Assembly (NCBI GenBank): GCA_050084985.1
Contig: JBITNC010000002.1
Coordinates: forward strand, 8,742,001-8,806,000
Length of the DNA: 64,000 nt
Reading direction: 5' to 3'
Source: Nageia nagi
Lineage: Eukaryota; Plantae; Pinophyta
The notes below the pieces were generated by a model that was not told the DNA's origin, searched no databases, and saw only the letters and a list, made by a program, of their open reading frames with translations. Shown here one piece after another: positions 1 through 13,759 of this stretch. The stretch's first letter is position 1. Each line of letters begins with the position of its first letter. Made by a program: the position numbers and the translations under genes.

Positions 1-1873
1 GATGCTTATGCCTTTGTTGTTCTTGAGAAAAGAAAGAAGCTTGATAAGAGATCTAAAAAGTGTATCTTCGTAGGCTATGACAATCAGCATAGAGGTTATA
101 GGCTATATCAACCTTCTTCCCATGCAATCTTTGTGTCAAGGGATATAAAGTTCAATGAACTACCTAAAAAGTTTGCATATTATGAGAACCTTTATGAGGT
201 TGATGATCCTTCTATTACTCCTAACTAGTAAGATTTCAGTGTGGATTTATCACCTAAGGAACTAAACTCTCCAACACAAAGGATAATAAGAATTATGACT
301 ATTAATAAATCATTATTTACCAAAATTGATTGTATGAATGAACCCTCATCCTATAAAGAAGATTCAAAGCACGAGTGCTAGATGAATGTAATGAATGTGG
401 AGTATGAGGCTCTAATGAAAAATCAAACTTAAGATTTGGTTCCTTATCCTAATGAATGAAATATGATTGGTAATAAATAGATTTATAAGGTTAAATATAA
501 TTTAATTAGATATATTGAGAAATACAAAGCAAGGTTAGTAGCTAAAGGTTTTGCTCAAAAATATAAAATTTATTATGATAAAACATTTGATCCAATGGTA
601 AATATGCCTACTATCAAGGTAATCCTTACTCTTTCAATAGCTCAAGGATGAAAAGTTTTACAACTTGATGTCAAGAGTATTTTCTCAATGATTACATAGA
701 TATGGAAATCTACATGAATAAACCAAAAGGGTTTGTTGTGGAAGGCAAAAAATCACTTGTTTGGAAGTTAATGAAGTCCTTATATGGACTTAGGCAAGAA
801 TCTAGGGCCTAGAACAAAAGATTTTAGGATACTTTGAGAACATTAGGTTTTATAAATGCTTCTATAACATATATCTTTATGTGATAAACCAAAGATAAGA
901 TTTGATCTTGATTCTTCTCTATGTGGATGATGTATTTATTATAGGGAAAAATAAAGTCCTCATACAAGACTACATATCCAAACATAAGGCAACTTTTGAA
1001 ATGATTGATCTTGATCTATTACACTACTACCTTGGTATGCAAGTGTACCAATACAAAGATTATACTTACTTCAATCAATCTAAGTATATCTCATATATAT
1101 TGCAAAATTTTAGAATGGAAGAGTGCAAGCATGTTGCAATCCAATCTCTCCTGAAATCACTTTCTCTCTTAGTTTCAATTCTTAGTTAGTAGATGTTATG
1201 GCTTATATATAACTAATTGATAGTCTTATTTATTTGACTATCTCCAGGATAGATATTACCTTTGTTGTAAATTTGATGGCTCATTATGCAAAAGCCATAT
1301 GTTGAGTACTTCAATGCTATTAAGTAAATTTTGAGATATGTTACAGGCACTAAGGATCTTGCTCTCAAGTATGACAAGTTGCCTTATTTTGTGCTCTCAA
1401 GATTCTCATATTCTAACTATGGGGGAGAAAGAAATGATAGAAAATCAACCTTTGCTTATGTGTTTAGCATTGGTTCAAGTTCTATCTTTTAGGCATCCAA
1501 GAAGTAGCCTAATACTGCTCTCTCCACCATTGAGGTTGAATATCATGCAATGTCAGTTGTAGCCCAAGAAGCCATTTGATTGAGGCATAGTATGAAAGAA
1601 TTAGGATATGAACAAGTTCATCCATATCAAATTTCTTTATATAATCAATTAGATATTACTTTGGTAAAGAATCCTATTTTCCATCAAAGAATAAAGCATG
1701 TAGAAATCCAAGCCCATTTCATCAGAGAGAAGGTTTTGGATGGTATTCTACACTTGCAGTATTATCCATCAATCCTAAACTCTATAGATTTATTCACCAA
1801 GCCTCTTCATAAAGCTTAATTCTATAAGCTTAAGGAGTCTATTAGGTTGGTGAAGTTACCTTTAAAAAGGGAG
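1..1873 (+). mobile_element. Degenerate Ty1/Copia pol 3' half (end of INT region, RT, RNase H) with PPT
   Basis: Broken frames give KCIFVGY, KYKARLVAKGFAQ, QLDVKS, SLYGL, LLYVDD (ORF 902-1189) and KNPIFHQRIKHVEIQAHFIREKV...DLFTKPL (ORF 1580-1819). Purine tract AAAAAGGGAG at 1864-1873. Many stops and frameshifts. Confidence 0.95.
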
Positions 1874-2866
1874 TAAATATTGAATTCTTGTTGAATCCAT
1901 TGTAATTTCTTTCTTCTTAATAAAGTTGTTGAACTTTTATTTGGTTTGTATACTTTGTTTATACATTTTTTTTTTTATATAACTATAAGTATGGGCTTGA
2001 AATCTTAGTGATGACTTATAGTGTACCTCAAATCCAAGCACATTATATCAAGGAGAAAGTTCTTGATGCAACAACTGCAGCTCTATTCATTTGATTTTAT
2101 CTCTCTTGATTTATTCACTAGCCACCTTAGAAACTTTGTTGTGCACACTATGAAAGTTTCTTATAGTAGTGAAGTTATCCTCAAGGGGGAGTGAAACTTA
2201 AATTCATGTTTGTGATGATAACTTAATACTTAAGAGGATCTTTTTTACTTTATAGTGTTGATCTAAATGTGTGAGGAACTCATGGTACATTTTGTTTTGT
2301 TATCACTATGTGAAGAATCAGTATGTGTTTGTTAGCACTATTTGGTTATCCATATGTGAGTAACTTATATATGCATATATACTTTTTTATTATTGATCAA
2401 CACATATTTCTATATACAACAAATGACCATAAGTATTATCTTGTCATCTTCATGATGACTTATAGTGCATCATTGATCAGTTTATGGATAGTATTACTTA
2501 GTTCATTTATCTTGTGATTGATATAAATGTTATATGATACATTTAATTGATCTTGTTTACAAGTTACTTGTAGCTTTAATCTTTAGAGTGCATGTTACTT
2601 ACTTCATGTGGGCAAGTATATGGAGGCTTATATGTCAACTTAGTGTTGATCAACTACACTTACAGTGAAATCGGTTATGGTTAATGATTGTATTGTAAAC
2701 TATTTTGTTAAATAGTATTGTAATGAGTCTCAAACTAAGATCTTGCTTATTTCTTAATGATGTAAAAGTATTCATCTCCGCTTATATCTCTTTGGAGGAG
2801 AAATCTCTCTTACTCTATCTTTGTTCTTCTCTCTATGCTCTATCCCAATATTACATTAAGGAGGAA

Positions 2867-3345
2867 TATTAGAATTTGTAATGTAATATTGTGTAATATT
2901 TCTTCTTAATGTAAATTCACTTAATACTTAAAGTATCATTAGATACCTTAAAGTATTACAGGAATAAAAATAGGAGAAGTATTAAAAATAGGTAAAAGAT
3001 TAAAAATAGAAAAGGGAATACTTATAGAGTAGGTTTCTTCTTATAAAAAGAGAAGAACCCTCCCCTTCTCTAGTTACACAATTGTAATGCAAGCTTTGCT
3101 ATAGGTTTAGAGTGAGAGAGAGAGAAAAAGAGAGAAGATATTTTGTAAGAGAGGTCCTTGAGAATAAGAAGATCTTAGTTAGTGGATGTACTCCCAAGGA
3201 GAGAAGAATCACTTTATATCTTATGCTTATTTGTGTGATTGGATTTAGTTATTATGCTATTGTGTTGATATTAAAATTGCCTTCTTGAGATCTTGGTAGA
3301 TTATAAGTTAATTCAAAAAGGGTTAATTTCTTCACAAAATTCATA
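2867..3345 (+). repeat. Probable 3' LTR of the Copia element (end approximate)
   Basis: Follows purine tract AAGGAGGAA (2858-2866) and starts TATTAGA (decayed TGTTAGA). Contains GATCTT..TTAGTGGATGTACTCCCAAGGAG..GAATCAC, shared with the solo LTR at 26949-27487. Confidence 0.6.
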
Positions 3346-6300
3346 GTATGGAGGTAGCATATTTGGATATGCTTGTGGTAGGGTGAGAGATACGATATAC
3401 AAGGAGATGGATGATAACCCATGAGACACCTCGCAAGAGGTTGTATGAGGGGATGTACTATCATAGGAGTATGTGGACTAGTTTAAGGACCAAGGATGTC
3501 ATATAGAGGTCCTAAAGGAGGGCTCTTGCTTGGTTTAAGGAGGTCAAGAAACTAGCTCAAGTGAGAAGATCCCATGATGTACATAGGAAGAGACCCTAAT
3601 ATGTTGAGGTATTTAGATACAAGTGAATCACTTGATAGTTTAGGGTAAGGCAAGATGTACCTACATATCCTAAGTTTTATCTACAAGTATAAGCATAAAG
3701 GGCCTTATCAAGGAGAAGATACACTTCCCTAGATAATATGCCTGATGAGGCCATCATGATGCCAAATAGAGATGATGTTGGGACTACAATGGTATATGAT
3801 GCATGGTTAGCTCCCTAAAGGGAGAAGGTGGTGATTGATGGTAGGCTATAGGGTTTGCTAATAGGGGAGGCATCAACAACAACAACACTAGGAGGATGAA
3901 AGCCACAACTTATAGTGTGGCCAACCCCACATGTTCTAGGAAAGGTAATAAGGGATGTAGGAGCAATCGAAGGGGACATAGGGGGTCCTCAATTTGACCA
4001 TTGATTTTATGCAATGATGGAGGGGTAGGAGGCCTATCATGCAAACTAGTCAAGGAGAGGGAAACAACCCTCATGGAGAGAGATATTAGCATTATAGCAA
4101 GGGATAATGCTTGATAGGAATGAGATGCCATTATAGTAAAGTGGGATGCATTGCAAGGAGAGAGAGATGCAATCATAGTAGAGAGGAACAACATACTTGC
4201 ATATCTACATGATGCATAGATATAAGTATGATGCTTGAAATGACTCCTAGCAGTGACATAGAGGATGCAAACGAGTGCATAAAGGGTAGAGAAAGGGAAA
4301 TGTAATATGAAGGTAGTCATACCTTATGTCCAACATCATCTAGTGGTGGATGGCTAGCAACAAGAGGTAGCCAAGGTGCTTATCTTTTTAGGGGAAACTT
4401 TTTATAGTAGGGATTATGGTTGTTAAGCCATCATCGAGAGGGTGATCACCCTCAAGGAGCAGGATGAGGATACACACAACATACTAGAGGAGTGACACAC
4501 TTAGGACTTATCATGCCAGTAACAACCATTCTATGTAGATAGTTACATAGGATCCTCATCAAGCATGCTTATCAAGGATGAGCATTTTCAAGATGCCCCA
4601 ACTACCAAGAGGAGCCTAACAAGAGGCAAGAGGTCCATTAGGGGAAGTTGATGAGGGGGTGGGAGAGATGAGACTCCTCCCAGACACACTAAGGGTCCAT
4701 ACGGTAGAGGGGATAAGACCCCTACTTGAAGACATACAAGATCATTGGGGTAGGCTAGGAGACCATATTTTGATATGCACCTTTAAGCATTTAAGTTTGT
4801 ATACATATTTTTGATGGATATATACATATATTATGATCATTATGATGTACTCATATATTATAACTTATGGACATTATGATATGCATTATGGAAAATTATA
4901 TAATTGATAGATATATGGATTATGTTCATGGATGTACATTTGGTTATATATACATGATCATGTGTACAAGTTTATGTGTGTTGTATGATGAGATTATATG
5001 CACATATTTATGATTATGATATGATGATGTGATTCTTTATATTATTGATCCTCATTATGACATGCAGTAATAGTGTTATCCAATATGTTAATGATGTTGT
5101 TTAGTTACATGTATGCATGGTTTTACTTTGATGTATGGATGGACAATTACAATGAATATATGAATTTAACAAAATAATGTGAATGCATGGGTAAAACACA
5201 TGCAAATAAGCAATAATGACTTGCATGTATGGATAACAAACAATATGTATGTATGCAATCATCACATAACAAACACACATGAATATGGATAAATGAGAAC
5301 ATATTATTTATGGTAATTACATATGTATAAACAAGAACATATGTACATAATAAACTCAAAAACAATATACATATGATAAGATAAATTATTTCAATAAACT
5401 CATAAAATATATGCATATTTATGGTATATAACTAATTAGTAAATTACTTCTATATTTCAAGGAAATACCTTTAGGAAATTACCTAAAAATTAAGAAGGTT
5501 GCATATCTTGTTGATCATCAGGGGAAACTTCAATTCAAAATAAATATGCTCCTAAAAGCTCATCATCCATCTTAGATATTTATCTAGTTTCATTGGTTTA
5601 ACAATAGCCTTAAATTGGAAACCCTAGAAGAGAAGTAACCAACAATAGATTTTTCCTTGGATCACATGTTTGTTCAACAAATATATTAGAGCTTCATGAT
5701 ATGTAAAGAAAATGAAGGTAGTCACTAACATATGGTGTTAGAACTTTTGTAATACATAGATCATCTCCAAGATTCTTATTATAGCATAATATATATAGTT
5801 TTTCTTTGAGTTTACCATCTTTCTACTAGAAAAATATATGGAATGATTGATATTTTCTTCACCAAGTTATGTTAGTACTACCCTTATAGTTACCACACTA
5901 TCATCAAAATGTATATGTAAAATTTTCATTCAATTAGGAAAAATAAGAATGGGGTTTGTTAATAACTTTAATTTCAATGTTTCAAAACTCTCTTGACATT
6001 CTGATGACCAATAAAATTGATTATTTTTAATATTGAGGTTATCAATAGGTTCAATGAGGATAATATAGTTCTTAATAAAAAATTTATAATGCTCAGGAAC
6101 CTTCTTATTTCTTTAAATATTATCGATAGTGGATATTGAGTAAAGTTACTATTTTGGTAATATCCATCATGAGTCCTTCCTTGCATATAATGTGACCCAA
6201 TAAAACACCATATGGGGTACTAAATAAGCACTTTTTCAAATTGAGTGGAATTTGCAGTTGGCAACATTAGTCAGACATTAATATTAATGACTAAAATAAT

Positions 6301-9300
6301 GGATAAAGTCTTTGAAAGCATCCACCATGATCCTAGAGAAAATAGTAGGAGCATTTGTAAGTATAAAAGGAATTATATATATATACATATATATATTGAT
6401 CCCCACTCAGTTGTAAACATGGTAAACTTCTTCAATGATCTTAAGCTACTTGGTATCTATAGAAACTATCAATAAAGGAATATATTTCTTATATAGCAAA
6501 AAATTTTAATTTTTCTTTCTATGAAGGGTATAGGAAAAGGATCATGCTTATAGGCTTTATTTAATTCCTAAGATCTACATATATTTGAATCATGCTAATC
6601 TTCTTATATTGGATGATCATGGGACTAATCTCATTGGTATTATCAATCAAAGAAACGATCTAGTATTAACCATTTTATATATGCCTTCTTTAACTTAAAC
6701 TTTAACATTAGGATTTAGTTAGTAAGGTCTCTGCTTTTGAGGTTTACATTAAGGTTTAAGTCTAATTTTCATTATCCCAATATCCTCCTTTATTCCTTTT
6801 AACTCAATGTAATATTTGAGAAATAAATATTGATAATATTCCACCAAAAGTTCAATAATCTTATCTACCTATAATTTCATCCATTAGTCACTAAGGCTTG
6901 TCAAATTTGGAGATGTTGCTTATTTGATATTGATTTTCCTAGTTTTGATCTTGTAATCATATGGAGTAATTCTATCCTTCTCAATGATTACATATCAGTC
7001 CTTCTTCTACTTCTAAGGTTTCGAGGTCTATCCTTAGGATCATCATAGCCTATGTCATTATTTTTATTAGTCATTGCTACTAAGGGGTGGGTGGTTAGTT
7101 CTTGCAGGTTGTTGGAAAGGATTTTAGATTTTGATAATTATTGCATAAATAGGAAGTTTTATATTCATAGTAATTTAGATTATTATCGAATAAGGATAAA
7201 GTTTTTATAAGATCATCCTGTAGCTCATTCCAATAGGTGGTACCTTTATGGAGCTCTTGTTGTATATACCAAGATTTGAAAATTACATCTAAATTTCAAA
7301 TAAATAAATGGATGTAGTAAAGTGGAAAAGTAATGTTTTGAGGATTTCGTATTAATTTGCACTATTGAATATGGTTTGAAGGGTTTATATTACCACACAA
7401 AATTATTTTACTATTATTATCAATTTTAGCTATTCAAATTGAATTTTAATGTATTTCTTGATATCATCCTAGTTATTAAAGAGAGTTTGTGGGTACTCCA
7501 CCATTGTACAGGAGTTGCTAATAATGTATCATCGAGGGCATAGTTTCTACTTCTTTTATATTTTAATATATTTTCCATTTGTTGTAGGAAATCATTGAGG
7601 TTTGTTAGAATATTATATTTTGGTATAACATTGTATCCCTAACGTTCCATAATAGGTCAGTAACTTTTGAATCTTCCTTAAAATCGCCGCTATGGAATAC
7701 TAGTTCTCCCTCCGTTATAGGGTTTATATAATCTAAGAATCCATCTAATTCTTTTTTGATATTCATGTTATAAAGGTCATTAACCCTTAACAAATCTAAA
7801 GAATTGTTATCGCTAGATCTTGGAAAGTTGATGTATGTGTATTCCATCCCTTTATCCAATGGATAATGAACCTAGGATTCATCATTAGAAATGATAATTT
7901 TATAAGTTTTATTATTGATGAATAATTCAAGGTCTAACAAGGTATTGTGGGTCAAAATATCTCCAAACATATTAATAATATCAAATTCTATTTGTGACTC
8001 AACACCAATAAAGAATACAATAACATCTTTTAAAATTCCTTTGGGTTTGATTAGTGTTCCATCCACCATGGTGAAATTTTGAGTAGGTGGTTGTAACAAT
8101 GGGCATCCCAATTGATGCCAAGTATTGATTGACATAATATTAATATTCATACCTAAATCTATGATAATATTCTTTCCCAACCTTCAATTGATTTTAGCGT
8201 GAATCATGATAGGTCGTTGTTTCCATGATTTGTTAATTTTATCCATGCATATATTCTTAGGAATTTTCTCAGCTTTATTCTAAAGGGTAGAAAATTATTT
8301 TAGCATCATGTTCTCTTCTTTTATGAATTGAACAAAATTCATTTAATGTTTTAGTTTAATTGATAGTAAGTTTGTTAGAAGCTTCTTACAATGTTAATTT
8401 CTTTGGCTTACATTTATATCACATATCTACAAATAATTTGGTATAATCATCATATCTATGATCATTGTGTTGATGATAATAATTATATTTCAAGTGTGGT
8501 CTATGCTGTGGATATTCAAACTATTAGTGTGATGGGTCACCATAATTGCAGCATACTCCTTATCATCCTTATTCTCTACCATAGTTATTGTATCCACCCT
8601 AATAATCTCTTCATATTCTACTTTTATTCCCTTTATTATAATTTATATTATCATTATTTGTCAATGCTTGATATCCTACCACCATGGGGAAATAAGTGAT
8701 GGTACCTTCATTTACAAATTGACAGGGCTCGGGCCTCTTATTAGGTTGGTAGGCCATTAGTTGTTGTTGAATATCATAAGATCTTGGATTTATTTTGATA
8801 TCCTTTTCAATGTTGTTGAGAAATTATTTTCCTCAACACTAATCAATTTAATGGTTTTTGGATCCAAATATCCTACAATTTGGTCCAAGCATGTTAGGAA
8901 TACCTCATCATCAAACTCTTTCTACCAGATAGTCTTGAGTAGTATGCATTCCTATGGTTTGATAATATTTATAGTATTCTAAAATAGGTTTCTTCAAAGT
9001 GGGGCATATAGTAGCAACATGACCTTCCATGATATATAATTGATACTATATTTCCTTCCTCAATGGGATACTTGCAAGCTACAAAGCTAACTCATTTAGT
9101 TGTTTGGCAAGTAATACAATTTTTTGTTCAATATCCTGGCTTATCGCACATAACCATTTAAATTATCAAGGTTGAGATTCAACTTCTATGATGAATCTAA
9201 GTGCTTCAGTGTAGCTAGGAGTATTCTTCTCCATGCCACACCTTATATATGGTCTTAATCAGGAAATAAACCATTCAATATTCTACTTTTTAGTAATTGA

Positions 9301-11900
9301 CTCTTGAAGTCTTCTCTATGTAGCTTTCAATATTCTATTAAATTCATGTATGCATTCTCTAGGTGGTTGAACTAGCTCCCTTATTTTTTTGACACTTTCC
9401 ATCTCATCCTCAAGGAAATGGTATTTAGCTTTGAAAGCATATTCAATATCTACCCATATTCTAGTTATTTGGTTTGGGGATGTCTTCTTTATTTCATAAG
9501 AAATTGGATAATTTTCTCAAACTATCCCTTATCCTTGTTAATTTTCTTAGTTTGGTTGTTAGTTATTTAATTGATGTGGTAGTCTCTCTCTTCATTGGTG
9601 ATGTCAATTTTTTGTCCCAGGTAGATCTAGATGGATATCAAAATATTATTCTCCAATAACTGCGAATATATTTTTGAAATGGGAATCATCACAAGTTTTT
9701 ATAACAAGCAATGGTTCATCATGTATTTTGGTAGTTCTATGGTGACTTTCTATCACTTTCAAGATGTAATTCATAAGTCATCAAATTGCATAAAGGGTGG
9801 GGAGAGTACAAAAAAATTTGGAGGACTCCATCATCTCTTTGGTTGATTTGTTAAATTCATATCTTCAAGAGTATTAACTTGTGTATGTAGGTCTAAGGAC
9901 TCTAGGTATCACCTTTTTAATGATTATGGGATACTCATTTTTAGTATTTGATTGTTAACTTCATTGTCAAGTTCTCGATGATGTTCAACCTCTTTATTTT
10001 CTATCTTAGATTCTTCTTGAGGTATTTATTTAGTTTCTAAAGAGGGGTTTCCTTGTTTATCTGGTGATCCTAGAATGGGCTGAGGGTTTTCTTGATTCTG
10101 ATCTAATCCTACTTCTAGCATCTTATCCATTATATCAATGTCCCTTTTCACTTTATCACCCTAGTTTATCTCTAACTTTGGTACTTATTCTATCTCTTCT
10201 TCATTCTCTTTTTCTCCATTTTTCTATTCTATTCTTACTTCTAATTCTAACTCAAATACTTCCTCTTGTCCTTATGGTTCTAACAATAAATCAAGATCTT
10301 GCTTTGGTTCGATTTCTACCATTCCTTCACTTTCTTAAGGTCTAATTTCCTTTCTTGGTTCAAATCTAAGGGTGTTGGGAGACTTTTGCACCACTTCTTC
10401 TACATACAAATTTACCATGAATTCTCTTAACTTTTTAATCTCAATAGTAAGTAATTGATCACTTTCTTGGTTTGCTTATATTTGATTCTTTTCATCAGAG
10501 CTAACTTTCTTTAAAATTTCTTTCAGTACATCATGAACTTATTTTTTTTGCTTGATCCTATTGTGTTCACTATCTTAGTTGGTACATTCCTTATTTCACT
10601 AAACTATCAAAATTATGGAATTCCTCTCAAGGGTAAGGAAAAGCATCTTACCAAGAGTCTCACCTACTCCACTTCCTTTCACTCATATCATCAATATTCA
10701 TTTTCTAAATCTTGATTTTCTATTAACTTTACCCCATATCAAGTATCCCCTTCTTCTTCCTTTTTATCTATTATAGTCTTATTTGGAATTTTTTCAATAG
10801 GATCCACTTCTACTAGTGTTAACATGATGTGATGTGGTATAGTTGGTGAGCTTATAAATGGTCCAAAGAGGTAGTCAACACTTTTCTCTATTTCCTTATC
10901 TTTCTAAATCTAGGTGCTTTCTACTTCTACTCCTCCTTGACCCTGACTTATTTTCCTTATAATTTCTTCTTCCTCTTCAACTTCTTCTTCTCTTTAAAAG
11001 ACATTTATTTCTTCTTTAGTAACTTCCCAAGTTGAGTCTTCTATCGTTGTGGAAGCACCTTCTTCTACTAGTGGTTCCCATTCTACATATTTGTCATCTT
11101 AATTTAAATAGTATTTCATCCTCTCTTTCCTTTTCTTTTCATTACTTTTCCCCATCTCTTTTTCTAAATGTTTATTTACTCTAATTCAATTATTTTCTAC
11201 TCAATCCTTCATTTTATTAACTATTCTTCAAACTTTCATTTCTCTTTGTAGCACCTAATTTTAATTCCCTTTCCTAATCCTTAATTAGTCTCCATTCTCT
11301 AGGATTTTCTCTCCACCCCCTGATGCTTCCCCCTTTTCTATAGGTAGGAGAGAGCATTAGAGGCTTCTCCTTGCTCAATTAGAAATCATTTACAAAGCTA
11401 AGATAAGTTTTCCAAGAATATTTTCCAAGGTCCTCAAAAGAATTTATCCTTCCTTGCATCCTAAGATACCTAATCCTGTAAAGTGAATTTAGTAGTATAA
11501 GTATCTAATGGATTATGTACCCAATCATCAACCTTTTTGACCTAACCTTATTGAGATATAATAAGATAGATTATGTTATCTTTAGTCCACTTTAATTCAA
11601 GAATTTCAATTTTATTATAGAAATTTTTGAGTTGCCTAATAAACCAATAGTAAAAGAGGCTCAAGATTTCTACCTAGAACCATTCATATCTCTTATCCTT
11701 TGAAATGATTTATCTTATCTTATTTTTATTGAGTCTAGTTCAGTGTCTCATCTACTTCTCGAATTTATTTAATTGTTGGTAGAATAAAAGTTTAATGTAT
11801 CTCTCTAATGGGTTAAAAGGCATTCTTTAGTATGTTCCTTTCAAAATTCCATGGAAAGTTTACTTCTTTATTCATAGGTGTCCCAACAATGGAACTATTG
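3346..11900 (-). mobile_element. Degenerate Ty3/Gypsy non-chromovirus (Athila/Tat-like): gag-PR-RT-RH plus 3' region; integrase not seen
   Basis: Minus strand: PBS-like TAGTTCCATTGTTGGGA at ~11883-11899 (decayed TGGCGCCGTTGCCGGG type); Gag with decayed zinc knuckle near 9000-9050 (..EGHVATICP); protease IIDLGMNIN (ORF 7872-8180); RT YVDLRKLNKAYKHDPFPIPF near 6530-6580; RNase H remnants ~5500-5950. Confidence 0.85.
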
Positions 11901-12071
11901 ATTGATGTTCTATAACTTACACCAATTCTTAGATTTCTTACCCATAAATGAGAAGAGAATTTCCAATGATAAAATAACAATTGAAATAGTTAAAGTATGA
12001 ATAATAAATAATGAGTAACACAATGATTTTTAAGTACAAAAGGGGTAGTTATATTAATTTGAGAATTTAGT

Positions 12072-12224
12072 ACACATTTCTCTCATCCTTGATGCATTTG
12101 TTTGTTGCTAAATAGGTCTTTCTATTCAATAAGTCATGTCACTTCAATCCTATTATGATGATCTCTAACGATTTGCTTATGGAATGTTACATTGCTAACT
12201 TTCCTTTCGTCTAATCATTAGTCG

Positions 12225-12321
<97 letters not shown>

Positions 12322-12653
12322 TATCGCTAAATAGGTCTTTCTGTTCAATAAGTCATGTCACTTCAATCCCATTATGATGATCTCTAATGATTTGCTTATG
12401 GAATGTTACATTGCTAAGTTTCCTTTCATCCAATCATTAGTTGTTATATATATATATATATCATTATCTCTCTTTTACTCTCTTGCTCTTACACACGCAT
12501 ACATATTTCTCTCATCCTTGATGCATTTGTTTGTCGCTAAATAGGTCTTTTATGTTCAATAAGTCATGTCACTTCAATCCCATTATGATGATCTCTAACG
12601 ATTTGCTTATGGAATGTTACATTGCTAACTTTCCTTTCATCCAATCGTTAGTC
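12072..12653. repeat. Three near-identical ~130-150 bp direct repeats separated by (TA)n tracts
   Basis: Unit GCTAAATAGGTCTTT..TTCAATAAGTCATGTCACTTCAATCC..ATTATGATGATCTCTAA..GATTTGCTTATGGAATGTTACATTGCTAA occurs in copies at ~12072-12225, ~12319-12445 and ~12503-12653. Confidence 0.9.
12226..12318. repeat. (TA)n microsatellite, ~46 units
   Basis: Perfect TA run read directly. Confidence 0.98.
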
Positions 12654-13383
12654 TTTAGAGTCGTTAATCCTTTAGTTTTGAATTCTCCTTCTAACAATAG
12701 CAAATGAGGTTCAAATTTTGGGAGTGAGTTGTCTAAGTCCTGTGAAAATAAAATCTAAGATGCAATCAACACGGTAAATGTAAACAATAAGTTTGTAGAT
12801 ATTTATATATTCAAATTTAATTATGTATAGAGCATAACTCATTCAAATTCAAGATCAATTTATTGTGAATTTGCATCATATTTATTATGATTAACATTTA
12901 ATTAATTGTTTTTAAATAAGTTAAATCAATTTTTAGTATGAAAAATACTCTTGTAATACCAATAATTACTTTTTATATACCTTAATTTGGTTGAAAGTAT
13001 TCTTTTATGTCTACCCTTCTAAAAACTAAAAAATTAAGTTGCTTATGTTTGATTTATGATATCAAATTTTACCTAAATACTTCAACTTGGAGATCTTTAA
13101 CTTTCTTTTTGAATGTTGTAAATTGAATTTTATTCATGATTTCAATTAAGAATTTAATGAAATACTAATTTTTTTTATAAAATAATTAAAAATACCATGT
13201 TAATTATTCTTATATGTAAAATTGTTAAATTTATTTGAATCAATTTCATTAATTTTTCTTCTATTTTAAGATATCTTACTCTTATTTCAATCTATGACAA
13301 CACATTTGAGAAAAGGTATTCCATTTCGTAGAGAAATGCATTTAGAAAATAAATTGCAAGGACGTTCATATTCAAATTCCTCT

Positions 13384-13759
13384 GGCCCATAATGGTGAGC
13401 TTGAAAATCTTATTTGAATGCAGGTTAAAAAGATAAAAAGCAAAGAGGGTGTCTTCACGGCTGTAATTGGGAGGTTCTGCGAGAGGGATAGAACCGTGAT
13501 AGGTAGTTGGGCATTCCGTGAATGTCAGTGGAGGAGATGGGAATGGGATTCCCTAGCGCTTTCACCCGGCGCTAACCCTCACTCTGTACCCAAGCGTGGG
13601 GTCACGCTCTGAAGGAAACGTCCTCATCCACATTTGGGCCCCAAGTAATAAATCTAGACCTATATCATCCGCAATAAATAACATAGACAGGAAAAATGGA
13701 TTAAGCACTTTGATTTTTGAGCTAGATTATTTGTTTTGAATCAATTTCTAAGGTCCCAC
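13384..13759 (+). promoter_or_regulatory. Candidate promoter region of the MIR396 locus with TCP-type/site II motifs
   Basis: GGCCCA 13384-13389, TGGGCC 13635-13640 and GGTCCCAC (GGNCCCAC) 13752-13759, at the start of the CpG-retaining island. Telo-box TAGGGTTT at 14247-14254. Short motifs, so support is modest. Confidence 0.4.

Noticed and set aside
3344-3354. TAGTATGGAG as a PBS implying a tandem element sharing the LTR
   Set aside because: Poor match to TGGTATCAGAG. The downstream sequence is better explained as the 3' region of the minus-strand Gypsy.
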